From assembly GCA_052174015.1 (NCBI GenBank), contig JBQMXM010000002.1, positions 17,999-81,998 of the forward strand: a DNA stretch of 64,000 bases, in the 5' to 3' direction. The notes beneath the pieces were generated by a model. That model made no database searches, was not told where the DNA came from, and saw only the letters and a program-made list of their open reading frames with translations. The stretch comes from Clostridium sp. (GTDB taxonomy: Bacteria > Bacillota > Clostridia > TANB77 > CAG-508). The translations under genes were made by a program, and so were the position numbers. Below are positions 28,840 through 39,789 of this stretch, piece by piece. The number at the start of each line of letters is the position of its first letter. Within the stretch, counting starts at the first letter, position 1.

Positions 28840-29232
28840 TTACCAAATATATGCTAAAATTTCTCCACCTACTCCAAGTTCTCTTGCTTTTCTATCTGTA
28901 AGAATTCCTTGAGATGTAGATATTACTGCTGTTCCAAGTCCATTTAATACTTTAGGTACTTCATCTTTTTTTGCATATATTCTTAATCCAGGTTTACTTA
29001 TTCTTTTAAGTCCTTTGATTACTGTATTACCCTTTACGTCATATTTTAATTCAATATTTAAAACTGGTTGTACTTCATTTTCTATTAACTTAAATGATTT
29101 AATGTATCCTTCTTCTAATAATAATTCTGCTATTGATTTTTTTAGATTAGAAGATGGTACTTCTACAGTTTTAAATTTTGCTTTATTTGCATTTCTTATT
29201 CTTGTTAGCATATCTGCAACTGGGTCTGTCAT
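28840..29232 (-). CDS. rpsH: 30S ribosomal protein S8. The start is taken at the internal MTDPVADML rather than the ORF-track start at 29262.
   Basis: [15 protein letters not shown] is the canonical S8 N-terminus. The upstream in-frame extension would overlap rpsZ. Confidence 0.9.
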   Translation of the reverse strand: MTDPVADMLTRIRNANKAKFKTVEVPSSNLKKSIAELLLEEGYIKSFKLIENEVQPVLNIELKYDVKGNTVIKGLKRISKPGLRIYAKKDEVPKVLNGLGTAVISTSQGILTDRKARELGVGGEILAYIW

Positions 29233-29255
29233 TTTGGCCTCCTTCTTAAATTTTT

Positions 29256-29441
29256 TTACCAACTTGATTTTTTTACACCTGGGATTTCCCCTTTATGTGC
29301 TAGTTCTCTAAAGCATATACGACAAATACCATATTTTCTGATGTATGCATGTGGTCTTCCACATATTTGACATCTATTATATTCTCTTGTTTTATATTTT
29401 TGTGGTTTTGCTTGTTTTACTTTTAAAGATTTTTTTGCCAT
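29256..29441 (-). CDS. rpsZ: 30S ribosomal protein S14 type Z (zinc-binding, 61 aa).
   Basis: [22 protein letters not shown] zinc ribbon. Confidence 0.95.
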   Translation of the reverse strand: MAKKSLKVKQAKPQKYKTREYNRCQICGRPHAYIRKYGICRICFRELAHKGEIPGVKKSSW

Positions 29442-29458
29442 TATATCCTCCTTTGATA

Positions 29459-29998
29459 TTACGCTTGAAATGGCATTCCTAATAAAGTAAGTAATTCTTT
29501 AGCTTCTTCATTAGTTTTTGCTGTTGTTACAAAAGTTATATCCATTCCTCTTAATTTATCTACTTTATCATATTCTATTTCTGGGAATATTAATTGTTCT
29601 TTAATTCCTAATGAATAATTTCCTCTACCATCAAATGATTTTTTTGAAACTCCTCTGAAGTCTCTAACTCTAGGTAATGCTAGATTGAAAAACTTATATG
29701 CAAATTCATACATTTTTTCACCTCTTAATGTTACTGCACAACCTATTTTAGCTCCTTCTCTTAACTTAAAGTTTGCTACTGATTTTTTAGCTTTAGTTAC
29801 TATAGGTTTTTGACCTGTTATTTGTTCTAATTCTGAAAGTGCATTATCTAATGCTTTAGGATTATCTTTAACATCTCCAAGTCCTATATTTATAACTATT
29901 TTATTAAGTTTTGGAGCTTCCATAATTGATGAATAATTGAATTTTTTCATTAATTCTGGAATTGCTTCTTCTTTATATTTTTTTCTTAAAGCTTCCAT
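29459..29998 (-). CDS. rplE: 50S ribosomal protein L5.
   Basis: L5 family conservation. Confidence 0.95.
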   Translation of the reverse strand: MEALRKKYKEEAIPELMKKFNYSSIMEAPKLNKIVINIGLGDVKDNPKALDNALSELEQITGQKPIVTKAKKSVANFKLREGAKIGCAVTLRGEKMYEFAYKFFNLALPRVRDFRGVSKKSFDGRGNYSLGIKEQLIFPEIEYDKVDKLRGMDITFVTTAKTNEEAKELLTLLGMPFQA

Positions 29999-30020
29999 AA
30001 ATTCTCCTTATACTTATAAT

Positions 30021-30347
30021 TTATTTTTTTGTGTTTTCATCTTTTAATTTTGCATTACATTTTTTACAAACACGAACCTTAGTTCCTTTTACTATTTCAT
30101 ATCCAATTCTTGTAGCTTTTCCACATTTTGGACACACTACCATTGCTTTTGAAGCATTGATTGGAAATTCTTTTTCTATTATCCCACCTTCTGCACCTTG
30201 GCTTCTAGGTTTTACGTGTTTTTTTCTAACATTAATACCTTTGATTAGTATTTTAGAAGTTTTTGGAAAAACTTTTAATACTTCACCTGTTTTGTTAGAT
30301 TCTACACCTGATAATATTTTTACAGTATCTCCTTTTTTTATTTTCAT
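30021..30347 (-). CDS. rplX: 50S ribosomal protein L24.
   Basis: KOW motif (MKIKKGDTVKILSG). Confidence 0.9.
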   Translation of the reverse strand: MKIKKGDTVKILSGVESNKTGEVLKVFPKTSKILIKGINVRKKHVKPRSQGAEGGIIEKEFPINASKAMVVCPKCGKATRIGYEIVKGTKVRVCKKCNAKLKDENTKK

Positions 30348-30375
30348 TTTTCACCTCTTTTTTTTGAAATTCATA

Positions 30376-30744
30376 TTATAGTACTTCTGGTGCTAATGAT
30401 AAAATCTTTGTATAATTATTATCTCTTAGCTCTCTTGCTACTGGTCCAAATATACGAGTTCCTCTAGGATTTCCGTCTTCTTTTATAATTACTGCTGCAT
30501 TTTCATCAAATTTAAGGTAAGAACCATCTGCTCTTCTAACACCTTTTTTACTTCTAACTACTACTGCTTTTACAACGTCTCCTTTTTTTACAACTCCACC
30601 TGGTATAGCACTTTTAACAGAAGCTACTATTACATCACCGATATTTGCATATCTTCTATATGATCCACCAACACATCTTATACAAAGTAGTTCTCTTGCA
30701 CCTGTGTTGTCTGCAACTTTTAATCTGCTTTCTTGTTGAACCAT
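30376..30744 (-). CDS. rplN: 50S ribosomal protein L14.
   Basis: [17 protein letters not shown]-terminus. Confidence 0.95.
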   Translation of the reverse strand: MVQQESRLKVADNTGARELLCIRCVGGSYRRYANIGDVIVASVKSAIPGGVVKKGDVVKAVVVRSKKGVRRADGSYLKFDENAAVIIKEDGNPRGTRIFGPVARELRDNNYTKILSLAPEVL

Positions 30745-30774
30745 TTTAGTCCTCCTTTTGCTTTTAGTTATCTA

Positions 30775-31032
30775 TTAGATTTTTGCCTTTTCTATTATTT
30801 CAACTACTCTCCATCTTTTATCTTTAGAAAGTGGTCTAGTTTCCATTACTTTTACTTTATCTCCAATGTTGCATTCGTTGTTTTCATCATGTGCTTTTAA
30901 TTTATATGTTCTTTTAATAAATTTACCATATAATTTATGTTTTACACTTGTTTCAACTGCAACTACAACTGTTTTATCCATTTTATTAGATATTACTTTT
31001 CCAGCCATTGTTCTGCGAAGTTTTCTTTCCAT
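30775..31032 (-). CDS. rpsQ: 30S ribosomal protein S17.
   Basis: S17 OB fold ([16 protein letters not shown]). Confidence 0.9.
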   Translation of the reverse strand: MERKLRRTMAGKVISNKMDKTVVVAVETSVKHKLYGKFIKRTYKLKAHDENNECNIGDKVKVMETRPLSKDKRWRVVEIIEKAKI

Positions 31033-31086
31033 TAACAGGATCTCCTTTCTTCAATTTATTAAATATTATTAATAATTTAGTAAGTA

Positions 31087-31284
31087 TTATTTTTCTAATA
31101 ATTCTCTTTGTCTTAAAATTGTTTTTACTCTTGCGATGTCTTTTTTAACCTCTTTTATTTTCTTTGGATTTTCTAATCCATTTGTTGCTAAACTAAAATT
31201 TAATTTAAATAATTGTTTTTTTAATTCTAAAACTTCTTTTTCTAATTCTGGTGTTGACATCTCTCTTATATTATTTATTTTCAT
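31087..31284 (-). CDS. rpmC: 50S ribosomal protein L29. The start is taken at the internal [17 protein letters not shown].
   Basis: L29 helical hairpin ([10 protein letters not shown]). Position is between rplP and rpsQ. Confidence 0.85.
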   Translation of the reverse strand: MKINNIREMSTPELEKEVLELKKQLFKLNFSLATNGLENPKKIKEVKKDIARVKTILRQRELLEK

Positions 31285-31717
31285 TTGCTTCACCACCTAT
31301 TCCTGTTAAGTCACGCTTAACGATTTTAGTTTTTACTGGTAATTTATATGAAGCTAGTTCTAACGCTCTTCTTGCGATTGGTTCTTGCACACCTGACATT
31401 TCAAATAATACTCTTCCAGGTTTAATTGGTGCTACCCAGCATTCAACTGCTCCTTTACCTTTACCCATACGAGTTTCTGCAGGTTTTTTAGTGATTGGTT
31501 TATCTGGAAAGATTTTAATCCAAACTTTACCACCTCTCTTAACATGTCTTGTCATTGCAATACGTGCTGCTTCAATTTGGTTTGAGGTAATCATTCCTGC
31601 TTCTAGTGCTTGTATACCTATTTCTCCATAAGTTACTTTATTTCCTCTAGTTGCTTTACCTCTATTTCTACCTTTTTGAACTTTTCTAAATTTAGTTCTT
31701 TTTGGCATTAATGGCAT
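31271..31717 (-). CDS. rplP: 50S ribosomal protein L16.
   Basis: [18 protein letters not shown]-terminus. Confidence 0.95.
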   Translation of the reverse strand: MPLMPKRTKFRKVQKGRNRGKATRGNKVTYGEIGIQALEAGMITSNQIEAARIAMTRHVKRGGKVWIKIFPDKPITKKPAETRMGKGKGAVECWVAPIKPGRVLFEMSGVQEPIARRALELASYKLPVKTKIVKRDLTGIGGEANENK

Positions 31718-32462
31718 TTTCAGATACCTCCTTTTCTCCTTTATTTACTCTTTTTTTAAATTCTTTTTTATTTCTTTTATTTGAATTTAATTTTTGTCTT
31801 CTTTCAGTATTCCCATATAATCTTTCTTTTTTATTTCCTAAAATTTCTCCATGATATATGAAAACTTTGATTCCTATTTTTCCATAGATTGTGTCTGCTT
31901 CTGCAAATCCATAATCTATATCTGCTCTTATTGTTTGTAGTGGAACTGTTCCTTCACTGTAAAATACAGTTCTAGCCATTTCTGCTCCATCTAATCTTCC
32001 AGATACAATAACTTTAATTCCTTTTGCACCTGCTTTTCTTGATCTTTCAATTGCTTGGTTAAGTGCTCTTTTAAATTTTGATCTTCTTTCTAATTGTAAT
32101 GCTATATTTTCAGCTACAACTTGTGAATTTAAATCCATTTTTTTGATTTCTATAACACTAATTGAAACATCTTTGTTTATTTGTTTTTTTAATTTTTTCT
32201 TAGTTTCTTCTAATTGAGTTCCATTTTTTCCTATTATTAATCCTGGTTTTGCTGCATGAAGAATAACTTTTATATCATTTGTTGTTCTTTCAATTATAAT
32301 ATCAGAAACTCTTGCTTGATATAATTCTTTTTTTAAGATTTTACGTATTTTATTATCTTCTACTAAATTTTTAGCAAAATCTCTTTTATTTGCATACCAT
32401 TTAGAATTCCAATCTCTAATTATACCAACTCTTAAACCATTTGGATGAACTTTTTGTCCCAT
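31692..32462 (-). CDS. rpsC: 30S ribosomal protein S3 with a Lys-rich C-terminal extension.
   Basis: [19 protein letters not shown]-terminus with KH domain. The 256-aa length exceeds the typical 220-235 aa. Confidence 0.95.
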   Translation of the reverse strand: MGQKVHPNGLRVGIIRDWNSKWYANKRDFAKNLVEDNKIRKILKKELYQARVSDIIIERTTNDIKVILHAAKPGLIIGKNGTQLEETKKKLKKQINKDVSISVIEIKKMDLNSQVVAENIALQLERRSKFKRALNQAIERSRKAGAKGIKVIVSGRLDGAEMARTVFYSEGTVPLQTIRADIDYGFAEADTIYGKIGIKVFIYHGEILGNKKERLYGNTERRQKLNSNKRNKKEFKKRVNKGEKEVSENAINAKKN

Positions 32463-32474
32463 TGTTACTCCCTT

Positions 32475-32843
32475 CTAACCTCTTTCTTTTAATACTATAG
32501 TTATATGACTTGTTCTTTTTAATATACCTGCAGCTCTACCTTGTGCTCTTGGTCTAACTCTTTTCATAGTAGGACCTTCATTGGCATATATTTTAGCAAT
32601 ATATAACTTTTCTTTTTTCATTTTGTGATTATTTTCTGCATTTGCTATTGCTGAATTAAGTAGTTTTATTAATATTTTTGAAGCTGCTTTTGGTGCAAAT
32701 TCTAAAATATTTAATGCTTGTTCTACATCTTTATTTCTAATTAAGTCGGCAACTATTTTAACTTTACGATTAGATATTCTAACGTTTCTTAAGTGTGCAA
32801 CTGCTTGTAATTCTGTTTTTTCTATAGTTTTTGCCTTACTCAC
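32475..32843 (-). CDS. rplV: 50S ribosomal protein L22.
   Basis: L22 family conservation. Confidence 0.9.
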   Translation of the reverse strand: MSKAKTIEKTELQAVAHLRNVRISNRKVKIVADLIRNKDVEQALNILEFAPKAASKILIKLLNSAIANAENNHKMKKEKLYIAKIYANEGPTMKRVRPRAQGRAAGILKRTSHITIVLKERG

Positions 32844-32897
32844 TTGCTCCTCCTTATTTATTTTTAAATAATTTGATATCTTTAAATATTATTTTGA

Positions 32898-33179
32898 TTA
32901 TTTTTTCTTTCCTAATTTTTTATCTCCGGCATGTCCTTTGAATGTTCTTGTAGGAGCAAATTCTCCTAATTTATGTCCAATCATTTCTTCTGATACATAT
33001 ACTGGTATATGTTTTCTTCCATCATGAACTCCGATTGTATGCCCTACCATATCTGGATAGATAGTAGAAGATCTTGACCAAGTTTTTAAAACTTCTTTTT
33101 TATTTTCTTCATTTAGTTTTAAAACTCTCTTCATTAATTCAGGTGCAACAAAAGGTTTTTTCTTACTTGATTTTGACAT
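32898..33179 (-). CDS. rpsS: 30S ribosomal protein S19.
   Basis: [17 protein letters not shown] motif. Confidence 0.95.
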   Translation of the reverse strand: MSKSSKKKPFVAPELMKRVLKLNEENKKEVLKTWSRSSTIYPDMVGHTIGVHDGRKHIPVYVSEEMIGHKLGEFAPTRTFKGHAGDKKLGKKK

Positions 33180-33232
33180 TCTTTCCTCCTTGTTTATTTT
33201 TGTTAATTAATCATCTAATTATAATTTTATAA

Positions 33233-34063
33233 TTATTTTTTTCTTCTACTTGTAATATATTTATTTGATGCTTTATGTTTATCTCTTGTTTTATATCCTA
33301 AAGCTGGTTTACCCCAAGGTGTAACTGGTCCTGGTCTTCCGATAGGTGCTTTACCATTACCTCCTCCGTGTGGGTGGTCTACAGGGTTCATTACAGAACC
33401 TCTAACTGTTGGTCTGATTCCCATATGTCTTTTTCTTCCTGCTTTACCTATTTTAACATTTTCGTGATCAGTATTACCTAATCTTCCGATTGTAGCTCTA
33501 CATACTGCAAGTACTAATCTTCTTTCTCCTGATGGTAATTTAATATGTGCATATTTTCCTTCTTTAGCCATAAGTTGAGCAGAATTTCCTGCTGCTTTTG
33601 CCATTTTTCCACCTTGTCCTGGATTTAATTCAATATTATGAATTAATGTACCTACAGGTATATCTGAAATTGGCATACAATTTCCTATTTTAATATCTTT
33701 ATTATTACCAGATACTACTTTATCTCCATCTGTTAATCCTTTTGGTGCTAAGATATAAGCACGTGTTCCATCTGTATATTCTATTAATGCTATATTTGCA
33801 GTTCTATTTGGATCATATTCTATACCAATTACTACTGCTTCCATATCATCTTTTCTTCTTTTAAAATCTATTATTCTATATTTTTGTCTATTTCCACCAC
33901 CTCTATGACGAACTGTTATTCTACCATATGAGTTTCTTCCTGAATGTTTTGATTTTTTAGCTAATAATCTTTTTTCAGGTGTCTTTTTTGTAATTTCAGA
34001 AAAATCTAATGTAGTCATTTTTCTTCTTGATGGTGTTGTTGCTTTATATTTTTTAATTCCCAT
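33233..34063 (-). CDS. rplB: 50S ribosomal protein L2.
   Basis: L2 family, including the C-terminal [11 protein letters not shown]. Confidence 0.95.
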   Translation of the reverse strand: MGIKKYKATTPSRRKMTTLDFSEITKKTPEKRLLAKKSKHSGRNSYGRITVRHRGGGNRQKYRIIDFKRRKDDMEAVVIGIEYDPNRTANIALIEYTDGTRAYILAPKGLTDGDKVVSGNNKDIKIGNCMPISDIPVGTLIHNIELNPGQGGKMAKAAGNSAQLMAKEGKYAHIKLPSGERRLVLAVCRATIGRLGNTDHENVKIGKAGRKRHMGIRPTVRGSVMNPVDHPHGGGNGKAPIGRPGPVTPWGKPALGYKTRDKHKASNKYITSRRKK

Positions 34064-34147
34064 TTTTTCCTCACCTTTTCTTTTATTTTCCTAGTTTATT
34101 CTAGCTACTTGTATATTTCTTATATATTATTTAATAAGCGTTATATA

Positions 34148-34495
34148 CTATGCTCCTAAAAGTCCTTCTATTTCAGTATTATATTTTTTAAGAGTTTTCT
34201 TTGTTTTTCCACCTTTTTGTTTGAATTCTACTTCTTGTGGATTTAAATCTATAGTTATTATTGCTTTTTTGAATTTTGAAGTTTTCCCTTTAATTCCTCT
34301 AGTTCTTTTAGTTTTTCCATCATAATTTAATGTATTAACTTTTAAAACTTTTACATTAAAGATTTCTTCTATTGCTTTAGCAATTTGAACTTTAGTCGCT
34401 TTTGTATTTACTTTGAAAGTATACTTTCCTTCTTGAAGGTCTTTTGTACTTTTTTCAGTTATTATTGGTTTTAAAATTATTTCTTCTGCTAACAT
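34148..34495 (-). CDS. rplW: 50S ribosomal protein L23 with a Lys-rich C-terminal tail.
   Basis: LKPIITEKSTKD motif. Confidence 0.9.
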   Translation of the reverse strand: MLAEEIILKPIITEKSTKDLQEGKYTFKVNTKATKVQIAKAIEEIFNVKVLKVNTLNYDGKTKRTRGIKGKTSKFKKAIITIDLNPQEVEFKQKGGKTKKTLKKYNTEIEGLLGA

Positions 34496-35118
34496 TATAC
34501 ATATACCTCCTCAATTTTTTTGATTGTATCAACTGTAACTACTAATGTATTACAATTTAATACTTCATAAGTATTTGTGATTCCCATATATGATACAAAA
34601 GTTTTTTCTAAGTTTCTTCCTGCTCTAAAAATTGTTTCATTTTGTTCTGGAAGTAATACTAATGTTTTTCCTTCTGCTTTAATATTTGTTAATACTTCTT
34701 TCATATTTTTTGTTTTTGCTTCTTTTAAATCTAATTTATCTACAACTATTAACTTACCTTCTGCAAGTTTTGAAGATAATACCATTTTAAAAGCATTTTG
34801 TTTTTCTTTTTTATTTATTCTATATTTATATGATCTTGGTTTAGGTCCTAATGCTATTCCACCTTTAATCCAAATAGGCGATCTCATACTTCCATGTCTT
34901 GCACGTCCTGTACCTTTTTGTTTCCAAGGTTTCTTACCTCCACCCCTAACTTCTGATCTAGTTTTTGTACTTTGTGTTCCTTGTCTTTGATTAGCTAAAT
35001 AGTTAACAATTACTGTATGTACTAATACTTCGTTTAATTCAACTGCAAATATACTATCTGCTAAATCTAAAGTACTTACTTTTTTTCCTTTAATGTCTAC
35101 TACATCTATACTAGGCAT
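34495..35118 (-). CDS. rplD: 50S ribosomal protein L4.
   Basis: GGGKKPWKQKGTGRARHGS motif. Confidence 0.95.
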   Translation of the reverse strand: MPSIDVVDIKGKKVSTLDLADSIFAVELNEVLVHTVIVNYLANQRQGTQSTKTRSEVRGGGKKPWKQKGTGRARHGSMRSPIWIKGGIALGPKPRSYKYRINKKEKQNAFKMVLSSKLAEGKLIVVDKLDLKEAKTKNMKEVLTNIKAEGKTLVLLPEQNETIFRAGRNLEKTFVSYMGITNTYEVLNCNTLVVTVDTIKKIEEVYV

Positions 35119-35142
35119 GTTTTTCCTCCTTATTTATTTCTA

Positions 35143-35760
35143 TTATCCTTTTATTTTTAATATTGTTCCTTTAGGTCCAGGTACACTACCTTTTACTAAA
35201 ATTACATTTTTATCAGTATCTACTTTAACTACCTTTAAATTTTCTACAGTAACAGTAACATGTCCCATATGTCCAGGTAATTTTTTACCTTTTACAACTC
35301 TTGCTGGTGTTGCACATGCTCCCATTGAACCTGGTCTTCTGTGATATCTTGAACCGTGTGACATTGGCCCTCTAGCTTGTCCGTGTCTTTTAATAGCTCC
35401 TTGGAATCCTTTTCCTTTTGTAATTCCTTGAACATCTACGATATCCCCTACTTCAAATACATCTGCATTTAATACTTGTCCTACTTTGTATTCATTTGAA
35501 TTTTCTAATCTAAATTCTCTTAAGTATTTTGCATATTCTAATTTATATTTATTAAAGTGTCCCATTTTAGGTTTTGTTAAATGTTTTTCTTTAACTTCTC
35601 CATATCCTAATTGAACTGCTTCATATCCGTCTAATTCATTTGTTTTTACTTGTACAACTCTATTATTTGCAACTTCAATAACTGTTACTGGAATAGTTAC
35701 TCCGTTTTCATCAAATATTTGTGTCATACCAATCTTTTTCCCGATTAATCCTTTTTTCAT
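35143..35760 (-). CDS. rplC: 50S ribosomal protein L3.
   Basis: L3 family conservation ([20 protein letters not shown]). Confidence 0.95.
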   Translation of the reverse strand: MKKGLIGKKIGMTQIFDENGVTIPVTVIEVANNRVVQVKTNELDGYEAVQLGYGEVKEKHLTKPKMGHFNKYKLEYAKYLREFRLENSNEYKVGQVLNADVFEVGDIVDVQGITKGKGFQGAIKRHGQARGPMSHGSRYHRRPGSMGACATPARVVKGKKLPGHMGHVTVTVENLKVVKVDTDKNVILVKGSVPGPKGTILKIKG

Positions 35761-36005
35761 TATATTGTTTCCTCCTAACTATTGGCTTAAATGAATGAAA
35801 ACATCTAAGCTTGGTCGTTTTATATTATTTATAATTTATAACTTGTTATAATCTATTGTTTCTATTGTTACATTTTAATATTAAATATTTTAATACTATA
35901 TAATATATTACTATATATAATAGAAGATAAAATTCATTCAATATTAATTATGTTATTTATCATTTGTTTTATAAACTGTTATTAAACACTATATATTAAA
36001 GTATA

Positions 36006-36329
36006 TTAAAGTTTAATTTCTATTTCTACACCTGCTGGCATATCTAATTTTTCTAAACTGTTTATTGTTGTTTGAGTTGGATATAATATATCTATAACTC
36101 TTTTATGTGTTCTAATTTCAAATTGTTCTCTTGAATCTTTGTGTTTATGTGGAGAACGAATTACAGTTATAACTTCTCTACGTGTTGGAAGTGGAATAGG
36201 ACCTGAAACTTGTGCTCCTGTTTTTTTAGCTGTTTCTACTATTCTTTCAGCAGACTGATCTAAAATAACATTGTCATAAGCTTTTAATCTAATTCTTACT
36301 CTTTTACTTCCTTTATTATTTGTTGCCAT
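36006..36329 (-). CDS. rpsJ: 30S ribosomal protein S10.
   Basis: [39 protein letters not shown]. Confidence 0.95.
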   Translation of the reverse strand: MATNNKGSKRVRIRLKAYDNVILDQSAERIVETAKKTGAQVSGPIPLPTRREVITVIRSPHKHKDSREQFEIRTHKRVIDILYPTQTTINSLEKLDMPAGVEIEIKL

Positions 36330-36509
36330 GTTTCCTCCTTAAATATTTTTTGTCTAGCAACGTATGTACTCGGGTGTTCTATTATTAGTTTTTAAAAATA
36401 AGCTAACAATAGCTTTTACATATTCGCTATGGTCTATGCCACAACTTCTCCATAAGAGTTCCCTACATCTAGGTGTAGCCACATCTTACTTCATCGCTTG
36501 ACTTAAATA

Positions 36510-36538
36510 AGTATACCATGCTTTAATATATGTGTCAA
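36510..36538 (-). promoter_or_regulatory. Near-consensus sigma-70 promoter of the S10 operon (TTGACA, 17 nt spacer, TATACT), followed by a roughly 170-nt relatively GC-rich structured leader at 36330..36505.
   Basis: Minus strand reads TTGACAcatatattaaagcatggTATACT. The leader contains the hairpin CTACAcctagaTGTAG and is the only GC-enriched non-coding block near rpsJ. Confidence 0.7.
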
Positions 36539-36661
36539 TATAAAAAGCAAAAGAATTTTAAAACTTTTTAAAACTTTTTTTAGTTATTAATTTAGTTATT
36601 AAAATATAAATTCTTTTGCTCATATTTATTATATTTTTTATATATTTTTCATTATATTTTT

Positions 36662-37060
36662 TTATTGTAATTGCCTTGTTAATATTTCATTATATTCTTG
36701 AACTGTTAATTCTAATTTTTTTTCATAATCATTATATTTCCTTTTAACTTCATTTTTAGCACTATCTACTTCATATATCTTATTTAATTCTTTTTTTACA
36801 TATTCTTCTTTAGTATCTTGTAAATCATCACCTTTTGCTTTTTGTTCTAATGTATATGCATAAATATAATATTGTATAGTTTCTTTTAATTCTTCTTTTT
36901 CTGCTGATTGAGATATATTATTTCCTTCTTGTATTAACTTTGTATTGTATGTATATGTTATAGTAATTGTTGCTAATATAAATAGTATTACAATTGTTAT
37001 TACAAGTGATATAAGTGTAACTCCTTTTTTATTTGTTTTTATTTTTTCATTTATTTTCAT
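36662..37060 (-). CDS. Small (132 aa) prepilin-like protein, KKG|VTLISLVITIVILFILA, with a non-acidic +5 (Ser). It is a candidate pilin.
   Basis: Short basic leader ending in Gly followed by a 20-residue hydrophobic helix. Size fits a pilin subunit. Confidence 0.5.
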   Translation of the reverse strand: MKINEKIKTNKKGVTLISLVITIVILFILATITITYTYNTKLIQEGNNISQSAEKEELKETIQYYIYAYTLEQKAKGDDLQDTKEEYVKKELNKIYEVDSAKNEVKRKYNDYEKKLELTVQEYNEILTRQLQ

Positions 37061-37068
37061 ATTTACCC

Positions 37069-38226
37069 CTATTTTTTATATAATACTGTTCTAAATCCCC
37101 AATATTCACTTTTTTGATTATCTGGATGTACTGTTGCTTTTGACGGACTTTGTGGAATTGTTGCATTACCACCTCTTAATACTCTCATATATTTAGGTAC
37201 ATTTTGTTCTTCATTTTCATTTCTGTTTCCTTGTTGTGTTTGTGTATGTATTTCAGTTGTCCATTCTTTAACATTACCTTTAATATCTGCAATACCATTA
37301 AATATATCTGTAGAATCAGCTCCTGTTTTTCCTAATGCATTTGTTTGATTTGCATTTTCTTGCGATACTTTTCTCTTATTTGTTGTATCTATCCAATTTA
37401 ACATTGTAAACCATCCATAACTTGTCATTATAGAAGTCTCCATATCAGTATATTTTAATAATTTTGCTGTATTTACTGCTACATTTTGTGCATCATTATA
37501 TGAAATATTAACCCATGGATATACTCCTTTTTTAGATGAGGCTACAAAATATTTTTTTCCATCTAATTCTGCAAGACCTTGTGAACTTTCATATCTTGAA
37601 ACATAAAACCCTTTATATCTTCCAACACTATTTGTTAATGTATTTGATGATTGATTTGTATCTGAAAACTTATTATCATTTGTTGGATTTCCATACATTT
37701 GTCCATTTTCTACAGGTATCCATACATATTGATTTCCATTTTTATCTTCAATTACAAATCCTGTTTCTATTTTAGTATTTTCTACATGCTTAAATCCTAC
37801 AGGAATATATGGTTCATTTGCTTTTGCAACTTTTATATTATTTACTTCTATTGTTTTTTCTGCATATTTTCCATTTTTTCCATATGTAGCAAACTTATAT
37901 TTATCATTTACATTTACTTGATATGTTACTTGATTTCCATTTACCTTTGTTCCATTTGGTAATAATATATAGTTAATTCCTTCAGGGTCAGCTGTTTTAG
38001 CATTTACTGTTAAAACTACTTTTTCTACATTTGGACTTTCTGTATCTTTTGTTATTTCTAATACAGGCTCAGCTTTTTGCTCTGCATCTACTTGTACTTT
38101 TTCTTTGCTTTTACCTAAATTATTTACAATAACTGTCCCTAATATTATAAATATTATTAAAACTAATATTCCACTAACTATCATTATTGTTTTTTTGTTT
38201 AAAAATTTCTTCTTTTTATAATACAT
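37069..38226 (-). CDS. Membrane-anchored protein with a C-terminal FGE-sulfatase (SUMF1-like, formylglycine-generating-enzyme fold) domain.
   Basis: N-terminal signal anchor. The C-terminal segments YPWVNISYNDAQNVA, IKGNVKEWTTE, RVLRGGNA and WGFRTV match the conserved blocks of the FGE/SUMF1 domain family. Confidence 0.6.
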   Translation of the reverse strand: MYYKKKKFLNKKTIMIVSGILVLIIFIILGTVIVNNLGKSKEKVQVDAEQKAEPVLEITKDTESPNVEKVVLTVNAKTADPEGINYILLPNGTKVNGNQVTYQVNVNDKYKFATYGKNGKYAEKTIEVNNIKVAKANEPYIPVGFKHVENTKIETGFVIEDKNGNQYVWIPVENGQMYGNPTNDNKFSDTNQSSNTLTNSVGRYKGFYVSRYESSQGLAELDGKKYFVASSKKGVYPWVNISYNDAQNVAVNTAKLLKYTDMETSIMTSYGWFTMLNWIDTTNKRKVSQENANQTNALGKTGADSTDIFNGIADIKGNVKEWTTEIHTQTQQGNRNENEEQNVPKYMRVLRGGNATIPQSPSKATVHPDNQKSEYWGFRTVLYKK

Positions 38227-38262
38227 TTCTTCTCCTTATATTCAATCTAAGAAAACTTATTA

Positions 38263-38988
38263 TTAAATTATCTGTTTAACTGTTTTAAAAACTATATCTA
38301 CCATAACATCTAAATCTTGCTCTCGTTCTATACTTGTTAATGCTTCATCTGTATAATTTGCATCTACAACAGTAAGTATACATGCTGCTTTCCTATTTAA
38401 GAATTCAGCTGTTTTAAATAGTGCAAAACTCTCCATTTCGCACCCTAACACATTATGTTTTTTAGGTATCCTATTATAATATAATTTTTTATCTATTGTA
38501 TATTTATCAAAACATTCACTACAAGCAATATTGCCTTTTTTTACAATACTATCATATTCTTTTTTACCTATTTCATATATTTTTTGCGTTAATTTATAAT
38601 CAGGATATGATATATATGAACTTACCCCTGTTAAATTTTTAGCAAATTCACTTTCTGTATAACTACTTGCTACTACTAATATATCTCTTAATTTTAATAT
38701 TTCTTGATTGCTTCCCATAGAACCAACTCTGATTATTATTTCAACATCATATTCATTATATAATTCATAAGAATATATTCCCATACTTGGAATTCCCATT
38801 CCTGAGCCCATAACTGTTACTTCTTTTCCAACATATTCACCTGTATATGCAAGCATTCCTCTTACATCACTTACAAGTCTAGCATTTTGTAAATATTTTT
38901 TAGCTATCAATTCTGCTCTTTTAGGATCTCCAGGCATTATAACTATTTTAGCTATATCTTCTTTTTTAGCATTTATATGTATTGACAT
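38263..38988 (-). CDS. deoD: Purine nucleoside phosphorylase, DeoD type.
   Basis: IVIMPGDPKRAELIA, RGMLAYTG, GMGIPS and IIRVGSMGS are PNP/UDP family-1 motifs. Confidence 0.85.
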   Translation of the reverse strand: MSIHINAKKEDIAKIVIMPGDPKRAELIAKKYLQNARLVSDVRGMLAYTGEYVGKEVTVMGSGMGIPSMGIYSYELYNEYDVEIIIRVGSMGSNQEILKLRDILVVASSYTESEFAKNLTGVSSYISYPDYKLTQKIYEIGKKEYDSIVKKGNIACSECFDKYTIDKKLYYNRIPKKHNVLGCEMESFALFKTAEFLNRKAACILTVVDANYTDEALTSIEREQDLDVMVDIVFKTVKQII

Positions 38989-39221
38989 ACATTTATCCTT
39001 TCACATATATTTTAATATATTTATATCATTATATACAAACATAAATAATTTTTAAACATCTTTTATATATTTTTATCATATTTGTAAAATATATATTAAA
39101 AGGTATATCAATTATTTAATTAATACACCTTTATCATTCTATTATTTATTGTTTATTATTTATTGTTATTTTAGATTATTAATTTAATTACTAATAATTA
39201 TACTTATACAGTTATATATAA

Positions 39222-39755
39222 TTATATACCATAATTCATGTCCCATAACTCTATATCATTATTTTTTAATGATTTTTTTACGTCTATTATTCTTTGATTC
39301 GAAGAACCTCTAAATCTTAATCTTTTATCTGCTAAATCTATAACAAATTTTCCATCTACTAATACATCTATATTATCTATTATATCTTTAGTTGTTGATA
39401 ATTCTTTATACATTCCATCTAATATTTCTTTATCAAAAACATATCCTGTATAACACCAGATATCTTTTTGTGGTAATTCTTTTCTTACTCTTTTTACAAG
39501 TGAAGCTACTTGTTTTTGATTATCTGGATGTAATGGTTCTCCACCAAGTAAACTTAAACCTTTTATATATGAACTAGATAATAATTTAATTATATGGTCT
39601 TCTGTTTCTTTTGTATATTCTTTTCCAAAATTGAAATCCCATGCTTCATAATTAAAGCATCCTTTACAGTAATGAGTACAACCTGAAACAAATAATGATA
39701 CTCTTATTCCTTCTCCGTTTGCTACATCACAGTTTTTTATATTTGCATAGTTCAT
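39222..39755 (-). CDS. nrdG: Anaerobic ribonucleoside-triphosphate reductase activating protein (radical SAM).
   Basis: CDVANGEGIRVSLFVSGCTHYCKGC motif. It lies immediately downstream of nrdD. Confidence 0.9.
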   Translation of the reverse strand: MNYANIKNCDVANGEGIRVSLFVSGCTHYCKGCFNYEAWDFNFGKEYTKETEDHIIKLLSSSYIKGLSLLGGEPLHPDNQKQVASLVKRVRKELPQKDIWCYTGYVFDKEILDGMYKELSTTKDIIDNIDVLVDGKFVIDLADKRLRFRGSSNQRIIDVKKSLKNNDIELWDMNYGI

Positions 39756-39789
39756 ATACTCCTCTTTTCTAATTAATATCTATTTAATA

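Noticed and set aside
36330-36660. The GC-enriched block upstream of rpsJ was considered as a possible tRNA or small RNA gene.
   Set aside because: It has no tRNA-like T-arm or acceptor features. It is explained by a consensus promoter plus a 5' leader of the S10 operon.
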